Source: Schmidtea nova
Lineage: Eukaryota
Direction of reading: 5' to 3'
Assembly: GCA_044892505.1 (NCBI GenBank)
Contig: CM097882.1
Location: forward strand, 320,912,001-320,976,000
DNA length: 64,000 nucleotides
The position numbers and the translations under genes are program-made. Shown piece after piece: positions 44,123 to 58,060 of the stretch (within the stretch, counting starts at the first letter, position 1; every line of letters starts with the position of its first letter). The notes beneath the pieces are model-generated. The model was given only the letters and a program-made list of their open reading frames with translations. It was not told the DNA's origin and ran no database searches.

Positions 44123-46388
44123 CAGACAATAAAAAAGAAATTATCACTGTGACTATCATCACTTATGTCATTTCCACCTTTATCATCACTTTCTACATCT
44201 AAAACCGCGTCTGCAAAAATTTGTGTTTTAAATTCAAAAGATTGATCTTCCATCTTTGATTGTCTTCTCATTAATGGAAGGTTAATTTTAATTAATTAAT
44301 TAAATTTTTTAAATTTTATTTGAATATAACAACGATTGACTTTTTATTCAAGTTACAATGTACACACATTCATAGCATGATTGTTGTTGATAACAAAGAT
44401 TCGTCACTGTTTTCATGTATTTTCATGTCTTCATGTTTTATTTAGATGTAATTCTAATTTATGAAATTCCAAATGACATGCATTTCCACCATCCATCGCC
44501 AACAGTTGAAAAATAAAAGATGGGAATTCACGTCTTCCGCCTTCAAAGTATTAAGATAATTAATTTGCTCATTTAACTCATCGTTTGTTGGATCGTTTTG
44601 TTTTATCTAACATTTTCAAATTCAATGATATCATTTATAATTTTGTTTTTTACCTCATTGGATGTAGTTTCCTTCGAACAAATATCATCTACGGTATCAG
44701 TTAGTAAATAAGTTTTCGATTTACACCCAATAGAATTATCAAAATTTTAAAAAAAGACCACAAGAATAGCACCAATCGGAATTTGATAGTTTTTTAACGT
44801 CGCATTCTGGACGACGAATATAAAAGACATTGTAAGATTGTTTTAAGTTCTTTATGAGATTCTGAGTCAAAAGTTTATCGACATTTTCTCGGAAATTATC
44901 ATGAGACCGAAGATTTAATTAGTAGGTTTTAGAAGTTGGAAGATTAACAGCATTGTTTCCTAAAGTACTTTGAACATTAACCTTCAGCCTATGCATTGTA
45001 AATTTCCCATAGTCTGTGCAAAGGGGTCAATCTTACTCCATATATATTTTCAAATATTTTTTAAGAATGTATAATATGTTTTCGATATCCTTTTTAGTAA
45101 TGCGTGTTGTTGGGGTTAGGCTGAAGTAGTGCAAGTAAAACAAGAGTGCGCCAGTGGTTGAAGGAAAATCAATAAAAAGGCTGAAAAGGGTTAAATTCAC
45201 AATTAATAAATAAATACAAAAAATTAATTAAAAATTTGAAAAATTTAAAATAAAGATTTAACGGGGGAAATGGTATGTACGGATGGCAAATGGAGAGACG
45301 AGTAGGAATATGATAATAAGATATCAATAAGGGGTACCCAGAAAAAGATATTCAGTAAATAGAAATTAATTAAAAATTAATGAATAATTTAGTAGTTTTG
45401 TAGAAAACCCGAGTCAAGGGAAGACCGAGTGCATGGGAGATCTGGGCTAGTGGAGAGCCCGAGCAAAGGGAAACCCGAGTCGTAAACGAATTACCAAAAG
45501 CGCGGATCAAATAAATCAAATTAGTGCGAATTACAATTATCGAAATTCCATTTACGGAAAATCATAATCGAATTTGATCGCAAGTTTGGGAAACATAATC
45601 AATTTATTAATAAATGGGTAAACTATAAAAGCGGCAAGAAAAACAGAAAATTGCCAGGGTGGTCGAAGAGAATTATCGTCAGTTTTAAAGATTGAGAAAG
45701 TGAAAAGGAGATTTTCGTACAGTAACATTAGCCAATCAAGCGTAACAGAAAGGGCAATCTACCCTTGGTGGATCTACCCCTATCGCTTAGACAAAGAGTG
45801 CAGAAAGAGAATGTAGAAACAATAAAGATTGTACTGATTTTAGTTGTTGTGAATTCTCAGATTTGAATAAATAAAATTTATTGTGTTGGGTCTCAGTTAT
45901 ATCGTTATTAAAGGAGCACGAGGAGTCAGAAACTATACCGACTCAAATTAAGAACCCAACAGTGTGTAATACCATAGTGGAACAGTTCTAGTTGCCTGGC
46001 ATATATGTTTGGTGTAAAACTTATTGAGTCGAATATTACAATGACCGGGGTCCAGTTAACCCCAAATGCACAGACTAAAGGTTAAATAACGACGATTGCT
46101 AATTTCTTTCGGTAAAACGACTGAGCTGTTGCTATCATTTTAATGATAATTAGTTAAATACTGGTTGAATCATAGTTTTTGCGATGATAATCAATTGGAT
46201 TTAATTTAAATATCAAATCTTCAGTTCTTCCAGTGTTATACGGTGTATCATGCACTATCTAATATGTTGATAAGAAAAACTATTATAACAATAAATTTTT
46301 CACTATTTAATAAACAATGCAATTCAATTTCGATATTAAATAATTTTTTTCAAGTTTCTTATTTCTAAATTATTGAATTTTTTTAAAG

Positions 46389-46389
<1 letters not shown>

Positions 46390-46452
<63 letters not shown>
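46390..46452. repeat. (TA)n microsatellite
   Basis: Direct reading. Confidence 0.95.
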
Positions 46453-46456
<4 letters not shown>

Positions 46457-47008
46457 ATGGCAAATTGTTTGAAAAGCAAACGGTCGAATAGTTTCAAGGC
46501 AAAGGATTAAAACGAATAACTAATTTTCAGTCCGGCACCAGGGACATATGAAGGGAATAGGGATTAAGGCTAATCAAAACGACTATGGTGTGACGCTATG
46601 AACAAACTTAAATATAAACATGATCTGTGTCAATTTTTATCAGCTGATATTTTGTTCGAATACGTAAAATTTTGTTGTAATAATATTTTATTTTTGTAAC
46701 AGAATTTTTTTCTAATTAATGTTTTTTTCTTGATTATTTTCTATAGATTTCCATTTTCCTTTTTTCTCTATTTTTTAATTTATCATATGAGTCAACTCCT
46801 CTCTAGAAAAAAGATAGTTCAAGTAAATATTTTTAAAAGTAGTTCAATTTAAGGTCAATTTTATTGTCAAGGTCGAATTTAAGGCACTTAAAAGTTTTAA
46901 AAGTACGTTAAAGTCACTGTAAGGTAAAAAAATAAGTCAAGGGTCGAATTCAGGTCATTTTAGGTCAAATTAAATAGATCATATATTAAAAAATTTAAGT
47001 AGGCCATA

Positions 47009-47907
47009 CCCCGGCTTACCAAAAGTCTCCAGTCAGGCAGTTATTTACATATTGTAGTTTATAATGAACGTCTGCAGTGCAAATATGAACAGCAATGGGA
47101 ACAAAGGTCATCAACACCTTCAACATGCTGCATGTGCACATGTACACACGCACGAACGCACTCACACACAGACACACAGAAGTATTTGGACAGCAGAACA
47201 ATGGCGCTCAGTCATTTGGAGTGATGAATCAAGTTTCACTCTTTTCAAATCTGATGGACAGCAATTCTGCTGGCGTCGTGTAGGAGAACGATTACACCCT
47301 GACTGCATTCAGCCAACTGTGAAATATGGAGGAGGCTCCATCATGTTTTGGAGTCTTTTCTCAGCTCGTGGAACTGGCCCTCTAGTGAAGTGCGGCAATC
47401 ACATGATGTCAGTGGAATACCGTGTCATTCTGGTAAATGAGCTTGTTCCCTTTCTCCCAGAAATGAGGGGCTCATTTTCCAACAGAATAATACACCAATC
47501 CATACTTCGCATATTATGAAGGAATTATTTCTGTAGCACAGCACCAACGTTTTGGATTGGGTTCCACAAAGCCCTGATCTGAATCCTTTTGAGTTTCTGT
47601 TGTACGTCCTTGGCAGACGAGTTCGTAAAAGGATTCCCATTGCCCGTAACGCCTCTGAACTGGAAACGCATCTGCATGAGGAATGGTCACACATCTCCCA
47701 TCATTTCCAGGCAAAAGTGGTTGACGCAATGCCTAAACGAGTTCGCCTTGTTATCCAGATGAAAGGTAATATAACGAAGTACTAACTCTCTCAGCACTAC
47801 AGACATTCAGTATTCGTATGTGTTTTTGACATATGTTCCCATCGCTGTTCATTATAAACTGCAATATGTAAATAACTGCCTGACTGGAGACTTTTGGTAG
47901 GCCGGGG
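47009..47907 (+). mobile_element. Internally deleted Tc1-like element
   Basis: ~60-bp TIRs CCCCGGC(T/C)TACCAAAAGTCTCCAGTCAGG and TA TSD. WSDES, GGGSIMFW and QSPDLNPFE remain; DNA-binding domain missing. Confidence 0.92.
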
Positions 47908-48793
47908 TATATAAAATATTTAAAAGATGAGTTTCAAATATTCTAAGATCAAATTAAATAGGCNNNNNNNNNNNNNNNNNNNNNNNNNNNNNNNNNNNNN
48001 NNNNNNNNNNNNNNNNNNNNNNNNNNNNNNNNNNNNNNNNNNNNNNNNNNNNNNNNNNNNNNNNNNNNNNNNNNNNNNNNNNNNNNNNNNNNNNNNNNNN
48101 NNNNNNNNNNNNNNNNNNNNNNNNNNNNNNNNNNNNNNNNNNNNNNNNNNNNNNNNNNNNNNNNNNNNNNNNNNNNNNNNGGGTTACATTATCGGGAACT
48201 TATATAAAACATCAATAATTTTAGAGGTCGGAGGCACTAGCTGAATAAGCATATTTATCATCTTCCATGTCAACTTGACTCGTTTCTAATCTCATCTAAA
48301 TATAATAATCTTTCATTATCATAATAATTATCTATATTTAGGTATTTCTTTAAAAATCTTTGTCAATAACTTAATGCACGTTAATCTTTTAAAAATCGCA
48401 TGTAAAATTTTTAATGATTTCAAATTTAGTAAAAATATTATTCAATAAATTTTATTGAAACTTTACAAGTATGAAGTCATTAGAAAAATATGTTTTTTAA
48501 AAAATAAAAAAATAAAAAATTGTGAACAGTGAATGGGGAAGTTATATTGAATGTTGATTGCAATATATGTTGAATAAATAAATATTGTTGACATCTAGAA
48601 TAAGTAACAATTTTTTGTACATAGTACTAAATTAAGAAGTCAGTATTATCAAGTGTATTGAATAAAAATTTTCTGCAATAATAAATCTCGAATAAAAATA
48701 TAATTAAGTAATCATTAAAATCACTTATTTTCACCTTTGATATTTTTTCTTTTTCAAAAATTTTCATTGTTTTATAGATCACTTTTTAAAATA

Positions 48794-49283
48794 GGGGCCG
48801 TTCATAAAGTATGTACGCACTTAGGGGGTAGGGGGTGTCAGGCCAAAAGCGTATTGGTATGTATGGGGGTAAAACACGGTAAATAAATACAAAACTAGTA
48901 AATATCGTGCAATAGGTTGTTTAAAACAGTCGCATTGATAATTGTAGTTTATAGTTTTATATTTTGCTATTCTATTTCGGTATTATTTGGAAATTCATTT
49001 GAATATAATGTTAAATGCGGCCGAATTCCTGGGATTAAGTAAGTTCGCTGGCGATAATAAGAAGATTCTTATCGTTAGGACATGGTTTTAAAAAACTGAA
49101 ACAAACGACCCATGACATTCATAGAAGTCCATCTTTGTCTAAAGATTAATCATTCTTTTCCAGGGTGTAAAGTGTATGTACCGGGGGGGGGGTAGGGGGG
49201 CCGAAAAAGTACACACTGCAACATGGGGGAGGGAGGGGGTAGCATTTACGATTTTTTGGCGTACGTACTTTATGGACGATCCC
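48794..49283. mobile_element. Zator-family MITE
   Basis: TIRs GGGGCCGTTCATAAAGTATGTACGC / GCGTACGTACTTTATGGACGATCCC, related to the 42715 TIR; 3-bp flank ATA on both sides. Confidence 0.8.
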
Positions 49284-50208
49284 ATACACGAATTTTCGAC
49301 ACAGCCTTTTTTCAAGTTTGTATTCTTAAAAAAAGCTGTATCAAATATTCGTGTACTTTTAAAAAGAATTTCGATCTAGTCTTTAAAAAAATAAAATTAT
49401 AATGAGTAAAACTTAAATGTGATAGAAAATTTTCCATGCTCAAAATAGTAACTGGTAACACTAAACTAAATTAGTGATCTTCAAAGACAATTTATTTCAT
49501 TGGACTATTCTTTCTAGAATAGCAGTCGTTGTAGTGTTTTGTCATTCGGTACTAAATACATTTTTAATTGGAAACTGGCACTGGGAAATATTTAAAATAT
49601 TACTCTCATCTGTCCGACTGATTCTAGTAAGTGTTTTTTAAATTGGTTTGGTTTTATTCCTGTCATATTTGATATCTGACCTTTATACAAACACGAAAAA
49701 TTTAGTTTCAGGAATCTCCAAAATATTGATAGTTTTGAATTCATATTCAATTAATGATATCAAAATGTTAATTTCATAGTTTTTAAAAATAAATCTTAAC
49801 ATCCTAAAATATAAAGCAAACGTTAAATAAAACACAATTAATATTTTCTCAGGATTGTCAAATGTTCAGATAAACGAGGATTGACCGCATAACTGTTTAA
49901 CTATAATTCTATTTATCTCAACATAGTGGTTTATCATTAATAATTTGCTTTGTATGCATATATTAAACACCTTTATTATAAGATCTATATTTATAATGCG
50001 ATTATCAGTAGTGCAATGTATAGAAAAATTTTTAAAATAAGTAAAATGACATTTTAAAAATTTTACTTTATTGTGTCATATGTGGTTTTTTTTAACGTGA
50101 ACACTTAATAATTGTTCTTTAAATTGTTTTTTTCTCAGTTAAATCAAAGTTGCTAGTGTTAAATTCAAAACATTGTACAGTTAATGTAATTAACTACGAT
50201 GATTTGTG

Positions 50209-51222
50209 GGTACTTCTATACTTTCCCCCACCTTTAATTTTTGGCATGCGTGTAAATGTTTTGGCATGTTCACTTAGATATATTTAAGCGTTTGCAAATA
50301 TGGTATGCATTATTTTTGCTTCAAGAATGAATTTCATGTCGTTGATTCAAACCTATGGAGAAAAAGAGAAGGCAATCAAATTCTTTCAAGAAAGAAACAT
50401 TCTACACTCTGACCGTGATTGCGCAAATGGCCATCCAATGAAGTTATATATTAATTCGAAGGAAGAGCGATGGAGATGCAATGTGAAGGCTTGTCGTTTG
50501 CAGAAACAATTGAAGGCAGATACATGGCTGCATGGAACTCATTTGGCATATGACACGATTATTTATTTCATTTATTGCTGGAGTAAGGAGTATACGACAA
50601 CTGCATTTTGTCAAAGTGAGTTGAATATTTACAGCCAAAACACAATTGTGGACTGGAATAACTACATGAGGGAGGTGTGTGCTCAAAGCCTTCTTGCTAA
50701 TCCAATCCAAATTGGTGGCCAGAACACTACTGTTGAAATAGATGAAAGTTGTTTCGTACGAAAGTATAATATTGGTAGACAAATAAACGAGCAATGGGTG
50801 TTTGGGGGATTTGCCGTGAGACAAAGGAATGTTTCTTGTATGCCATACCAGACAGATCGGCAGCAACACTACTTCCCGTTATTAAGGAGTCGATTTTGCC
50901 GCATATAACAATCGTAAGTGATCGATGGGCAGCATACAATGACATTACTGAAATACCAAATATGCATTATACACATTTAACTGTCAATCGCTCAGAAAAC
51001 TTCGTTGACCCAAACAATGGTGCATGTACAAATACTGTGGAAGGAATGTGGAATGTTGCTAAACAGAAACACAAAAGAAGATGGGGAACTCACCGAAGTC
51101 TTCTCGACTCTTATCTATGTGAATTCATATGGAGACAGAGAAATAAAGGAAAGGATTTGTTTGAATAAATTATAATGATTTGTTATATAATAATCAAAGG
51201 TGGGGGGAAGTATAGAAGTACC
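50209..51222 (+). mobile_element. Compact full-length Merlin transposon (1014 bp), one frameshift at ~50808-50811
   Basis: TIR GGTACTTCTATACTT(T/C)CCCCCACCTTT, perfect 8-bp TSD GATTTGTG, catalytic VEIDES, VSDRWAAY and NTVEGMW. Confidence 0.95.
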
Positions 51223-51319
51223 GATTTGTGTTTCATTTATAGCATTTTAGCTATTTTAAATATGATGAGATTGATAATAATAGAAATAGGGCCATTGACT
51301 AAAATCTTGCCGATCTTGA

Positions 51320-53965
51320 CATTGACCCTTCTGACATGCCCATAAGACTTTGTAATATTCTAAAATTTGAGGCTAAAAATCCTGGTCTTACCATTAATGG
51401 CTTATCTTACGACGAGGATGCTTTACTTGATACCTTGGCAAACCCCGAAGTGTCATACATCCCTGTGCTGATATTATCCACTAGTCGAAAGTTGTGGAGA
51501 TTCTAATTAGTTTAATTTTGTTAGAAAGAGGTGATGCGTATAATTATATAGCAGTCACCGATTTTTAAAGGCTTTTGAATTATTATAATAAATCTTACTG
51601 CCGCTCGCGTACAAAGTATATGGTGTTATCGATGCTTGAATAGATTTAGAAAATCTGAAGCATTCGATTATCACCAAGAATTGTGTGCTAAAAATTAATT
51701 GGGCATAACTTTTTATACTTTACCTAGAATTTGAAATTTAAAATTTAGTAACTGGGCCAAAACCATTACCCCACCTTTTGTTGTTTACGCCAATTTTTAG
51801 ACAATATTACATATTGAGGACAAGTACTTTCAGTGACATATCCCAATCTCTGCTGATAATTTACTTGTTAATAATTTCACTGGGGAAAAACTAAACAAGA
51901 TTTTGAGGTCTCGTTTGTTAAATTAATTTTCTTTCAAAAATTAGTTATTTATCGGAAACAACAGTTTATCCTTTTGATGAAAACAATTACCAACAACCTC
52001 TTTTCATGAATATTCTTAATCAACGTGCATTTTCTTCGGTGACCATCTGTTATCTCTATAAGTAAACATTTTATTGCGACCGGTTAGAAACCATGATCAT
52101 TACTCTGGTGAATTTTTAGGAGTAGCATGTAATTCATACGATCAGTCCCGACGGTTACACAAATTCTTACCTGTAATTTTTCATAATTTACACCATATCC
52201 TTAAATACGACTTGACATTTTAAAACGTGGAAAATCTCTGTAATTCCCATAACCAGTTAAAAATTCTTGACACTGTCTACAAGGGTCAGTGATTTAACCA
52301 TTAAATTCGTTGACTCTTGTCAGTTTGTAAATTTGAGCTTAATCGACGTGGTTAAGACACTTACTTATTTCCATTGACTCTATCTGAATTTACTGATACT
52401 ATTATTGGCTGTAAGAGTATCTTTCCGCGTGATTTTGTCACTTCTTTAGAGGTGTCCAATGAAACTTATGAATTACCGCCAATTTGCGAAGGTGTTAATC
52501 AAGCTAAATACGACAAGGCACTTCTGATTTGGAAGGAATCACAGTGTCAGACTCTTTGTGACTATATGATGGTCTATCTTAAACTTGATGGCTTTCTTCT
52601 TGCCGATTTCTTTTAGCTGTTTAGGGCGAAATTCATAGCACACAATAGTTTTGAATATTTTGGGTATTCCATGTATGTCGTTGACTTCTGCGCTTATTAC
52701 CTTGGATGAACCTCTTGAATTGCTCCAGGATATGGAGATGTACAAATTTTTCGAAGGAGGGATCCATAGTGGTTTGAAATTTGTCAACAAGCAAAAATGA
52801 CCGTATGGGAAATTTGAGTGGATCACAGATCAGAATAAATTAACTAATTTAATGGATGCTGATTTGGCTATTTTAACTTGTGGTGTAATTTTTGAAGTGG
52901 ATCTTGAAATCCATTCAGAAATACACGACAAATTAAATGATTTCCCAGTTGTAGCAGAAAAGATGTGTGCTCCGGTTCTAAACTTGAGAAGTTTATTCTT
53001 ACACAATTCTCAATTTTAATTAGGTTTTTTATTGGAGATTTCTCAAACTTTGTTTCTTTGGGTTTCAAATTCCCTAGGGTTCATTGAGAAGTTCGATATA
53101 AATAGAAACCGATTTTTAAAAACTACATTGACACTAATACCCAATTTAGCGTGATTTCATCTACTGCTTTAGATAAAAATTACTAAAAACCATTGAATAA
53201 TAGTCTACGGTAAAACTATAGAGAATCTTAAAAAACGCCTTAATTTAAGGTTATGTAATTCTGCGTCAAAACTGATTACGTATACACGTACTTCTAAACC
53301 TACTTTTCAAAAAACTTATAAGATTGATGATAGCCTGATTTCTGTCTTGCTTAATAAGGATTCGGTAGATTCAGATAGACCCAACTATATTGGATAAACC
53401 TTAATCATTAAGGCTTAATGGATCTATCTAAACTTAGGATTTATTAGCTCCAGTATGAAAAATTACAAAAATACCGAAATGACTTCAACTGCGAGATTAA
53501 TATAGTAGCTAGTGATACATAATCTTTTTTCATGAGGTTAATATTTGTAATCAGAGATCTATTTGTCTGCTATTGTTGGGGATAGTTTTTTTTGGATCTC
53601 TCAAATCATGATCCAAATCATCCTTTTTATTCTAAAAACATAGATTCCGTCATTGGTAAATTCAAAGATGAGAATAAAGGACTTAAATACAATGATTGGG
53701 TATTTTTTAGACCTATGTGTTATAGTTTATTAGGTGATAAAGAAAGTAATAATGCTAAGGAGATAACATTGAAAGGTACTGACTTCAAACATCAGTCGTA
53801 CCTGGATCGCTATCATAATAAAACAATAATTTCAGTCGATCAATCCAGAAGTCAGTAAGAACAACCAACCTTTTACACACAAAAATTTTAAAATAGCCTT
53901 GACGAACTTGAACGATAAACGACTATGAATAGCTAAATATGAGAGCCTGGCCTATGGGCATTATA
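51320..53965 (+). pseudogene. polB: Second, heavily decayed Polinton pPolB
   Basis: KFEAKNPGLTINGLSYDE, LPVIFHNL, CDYMMVYLKLDGFLLADFF, GKFKDE, FRPMCYSLL and AYGHY, with many stops and indels. Confidence 0.85.
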
Positions 53966-56074
53966 GTGGTAGTGATGTACTTATGGGGTGCGTGATGATG
54001 CTTATGATAATACTGAAGAATATCAAGATGTTGCCGTAGAAGATTTGCTTTAAAGAAAAGTTATTTTAAAATTTTGTGTTTTTTATTTTTGTTTTTATTA
54101 ATTTTTATTTTCCGAGTTATTAGTTTTTATGTATTGATACTTCGTTTGTCAATCGTTTTTTCATTGACCCTTTTTACGTGCGAGTCTTTTTACGTTTGTC
54201 GACGTAGAATAGTTTTCGATATGACTTGTGTATCCTTATTTTTCACTAAGTTTTGAATTTTACATTAGTAAATTGTGGGAATCAAGACTTTTTAGAAGAT
54301 TTTTTTTCTTTGTGTTTTAAACTTAAGTCTTGGAAATTGCGGGAGTCTAGACATTTTATAAAAGAATTTTATTGTGTGTAATTAGTTTTTCTGAGTATTT
54401 AGACTTTCTTGTATATTAATGTTTTTTATTTTTGGAAATTGTGGGAGTCGAAACTTTTTACTTGGGAATTTCTTGGCAGAGAGCAGTTTTTGAGTTACAA
54501 ATAAATTAAAAAGTTTTAATTATTACGTCGTCGATTACGAGATCAATTAAATAACAAAAAAATTACCGAATACGTAATAAATACTATATAATTTCTTTCG
54601 TAATTATCAAGTGTAACGTAACAGAAAATATTACATTAACAAAGTATTGTGTGATTGTAAAGTATCACCTAATTATACAGAATTATGTAATTATTTGTAC
54701 CCCCTCTTGTCCCATTCGAGGGGAGTTCACTTTATAGTTTATTATATATCAAGCTTTATTACATCTGTATCCAAATTAATTAATGCTCTTAAATAAATTT
54801 TTAANNNNNNNNNNNNNNNNNNNNNNNNNNNNNNNNNNNNNNNNNNNNNNNNNNNNNNNNNNNNNNNNNNNNNNNNNNNNNNNNNNNNNNNNNNNNNNNN
54901 NNNNNNNNNNNNNNNNNNNNNNNNNNNNNNNNNNNNNNNNNNNNNNNNNNNNNNNNNNNNNAATTAAAAACTGTAAAATAAAATCAAACTTTTCAAGTCA
55001 AATTGTTCATTGAGCTATCTAGGTGCATTAAAAGAAAATATGTGATGATGGTACATGTCTTGTCTGAAAGATCCAACACGCGATTTTGACCATTTCACTA
55101 TTTGAAAATAAGAATAAAGAAATTAAGAAGAAACTGGTTTTTATTAAAATTTCTGTTTTCTTGTCAAATTTCTGTTAAAAATTTGCAAGTACTTGTGAAG
55201 ATAAAAAATAATAGAAAACATATTTGGTACTAAATTTTTGTCTAATGGGATTCCTAATATTAAGATTGGTTCAATACTTTTTACAAAGCATACATTTATT
55301 AACTAAATTAATGATATTATGACTAAGGTAAAATTGTATAAACAATTTTGCCTCAGTAATTGAAAATTAATTTCTCGATAATTGTGGCAATCAAAGAGAA
55401 GAGTTAATTAGATTCATGTACCACGAAACCTGGTTACATAAATATTTTGCATTGTTTTGCATATGTCATTGAACGAATTTTACTTTTCCGGAATCTCTTA
55501 AACAATATTAAGTGGTTATTATATGATTACAAACATTTTCCTCCAATGGAATCGCCAGGAAATGCTTTACAAATCTTATGATTGTTGGTTTATTCAATTG
55601 AAATAGGCATTTTTATTTCCCAATGATTGGTAAAATTTTACATTATTTTAAAAGTGTAACGAAAATTTTATTAGGGGCTTAAATAAATTTTATTGTTTCA
55701 AATTATCGTTTAAACATCCAAGATATATTTAATTTTTTTGTTTTTAATTTGTTTTTAATAATTTTTAAAATTACACTGAACATTGAAAATGTTATAAAAT
55801 TTTAACAATCTGCAAACAAAATCGGCTTTGAAATAATTCTATCATGGCATTTAAATCTGTGTCAATTGTAATTTTTTTCATACTTTTAATAGCAAATTAA
55901 TATGATTATTAAGTATCTGAATTTGATGTAAACAATTTTTACATTTGCAAAAAAATTGGTAGATTCTGAATTATATAATCATGATTATAATAATTATTAG
56001 TTTCTATTATGTTTAAATCAAATATTCTAAATTTAAATAATTAATAGTAATAATAATAATTATTATTATTATTA

Positions 56075-56173
56075 TTTTCAATAATTCCCATAATGACTAT
56101 AGATCAAAATTTCTTTAAAAAGTACTTTTTTAAAGAAATTTTGATCTATAGTCATTATGGGAATTATTGAAAA
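56075..56173. repeat. ~99-bp near-perfect palindrome made of head-to-head pLTR fragments
   Basis: TTTTCAATAATTCCCATAATGACTATAGATCAAAATTTCTTTAAAAAG-TA-CTTTTTTAAAGAAATTTTGATCTATAGTCATTATGGGAATTATTGAAAA. Confidence 0.9.
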
Positions 56174-56553
56174 CAATAGTAAAAAAAGATCAAAGGTGAA
56201 AAAAGATAATTATAATAATAATCATAATAATAATAATAATGAAACAAAGTTAAGCCTTCTCCGCAATGTTTATTTAAATGAAAAATTTCGATCTTAAAAA
56301 AATCCTGATCACTCCAATGTGAAATTCCAATTGACTTTTCACTTCTTTCTGCTACACCTCGAAAGTTTTCCTACAAATTCGGGAGAAAGAAAATATTCAG
56401 AAGTGAAAAGTCAATTGGATAGAATTTCGCATTGGAGTGATCAGGATCTTTTAAAGATCGAAATATTTCATTTAAATAAATATTGCGGAGGAGGCTTACC
56501 TTTGTTACCTTATTATTATATTTTAATAAACTCTGATAACGATAAAACAATTT

Positions 56554-56555
<2 letters not shown>

Positions 56556-56612
<57 letters not shown>
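56556..56612. repeat. (AAT)n microsatellite
   Basis: Direct reading. Confidence 0.95.
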
Positions 56613-56620
<8 letters not shown>

Positions 56621-56680
56621 TAAATAAATTCAAAATCTTTCTTTTTAAATTAATTTTCGCAGCGATTTTAATAATATTAA

Positions 56681-56908
56681 CACTCTCAGCGCCATGACTA
56701 TCAAAAATAATTGACAGTTCTTTGCTGCTCGGACCTCAACTTATTTTGGAATGACATTACACTGAAAGTGTGTATGACAACGCATGTTTCAGCATAGTCA
56801 ATGTCAGGTCGATTTGTCTGACAGTTACTTTTTTAAAAATAAACTTGTCAGGTCGATGTTACAACAATGTTCAAAAACACCTGTATTTTATGAGTAGCAC
56901 TGAGAGTA
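56681..56908. mobile_element. TTAA-target (piggyBac-type) MITE
   Basis: TTAA|CACTCTCAG ... CTGAGAGTA|TTAA. Confidence 0.7.
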
Positions 56909-57079
56909 TTAATATAAAAAAGTGTAAATACATTTTAAAATAACTATCTTTGTAATTGTCGCTCTAAGATTTGTGTCATTTTTTTAGTTATACAATATTT
57001 TTTCTATTAGGTTGTTGTAAAAATAATAGCCGATTTACAAGTGCTGTTTTAAAATAAAATAACTTGATTGATATTAATT

Positions 57080-58060
57080 TTTAGTAATGGAACATCCATT
57101 AGTGTTAATATACTTTTGCTACCGTTATAAAAGTGTTTTCAGACCGATTTTGTAAAACTCTGGGGATCTGGATTTGACAAATTCTCGGAAGGCGTCTTTG
57201 CAGCATCTTGTAAGATGAAACATTTTTCGTGGAAGAAGTTGTTGAGGTGTTTGAAAAAGTATTGGTCTGTTGGTGAAAGGTTCAATATGAATATGGAGCG
57301 TGTGGAAGGATCGCATAACCAAGTTTTTTTAGTTTCTATAATGTTGATACTTCGACATGAGAGTGGGTGTTATCGTGGAGAAGAATTGTTCCCTTTCTGC
57401 TGATCAATCCGCATGCAAACGCTGTAATTTCTAATGCACCTTGTTGATTTGTCGACAGTATTTTTCTGTAGTAATTGCTTCGCCTGATTTTAGTCCAGCC
57501 GCAAAATACCATTATCATTATCTTCTTTTGATGCAAAACAGGCTTTAAAAAATATTTTGGAGACTCATCTCGGTCTAACCACTGAGCCGAACGTAGCAGA
57601 TTGTTATACATGATCCTATTCTCGTTGCAAGTCACAATTCGATCGAGATTTAGATCATTTTTGTTGCAAAATATGAGCGAAAGGGACACCTGAAATGACG
57701 ATTTTTAAATTTTATTTTAGTTCATGTGTCACTCACCTATTGAGCTTAGTAGCTCTTTCAAGTTGCCTCAAACGATGAGCAATTGTTAAAAGGTTGACTT
57801 TCAGTTCCTTAGCATTTTCTCTGGCAGTTTTGCGCGACTGGGCTTCAATTTTGGCTTTCAGTTAAACATTGTCAAAATCATATGGCCGTCCTCAACCTTC
57901 ATCTTTGAGGCTGGTACTGCTTTAACGGAATTTTTCAAACCAACAACGCGTTGTACGTTCTAAAATGGTTTCCTCCCCATGCTTTGAGGATATTTCGAGT
58001 GGTTTTCGTGGCTCTACGATCGAGGTTAAACTGATGGAGCAAAGTTTTCATCGATTCTTG
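57080..58060 (-). mobile_element. mariner (SETMAR-like) transposase relic
   Basis: LDRIVTCNENRIMYNN..RSAQWLD...KPVLHQKKIM and ILLHDNTHSH. Confidence 0.8.
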
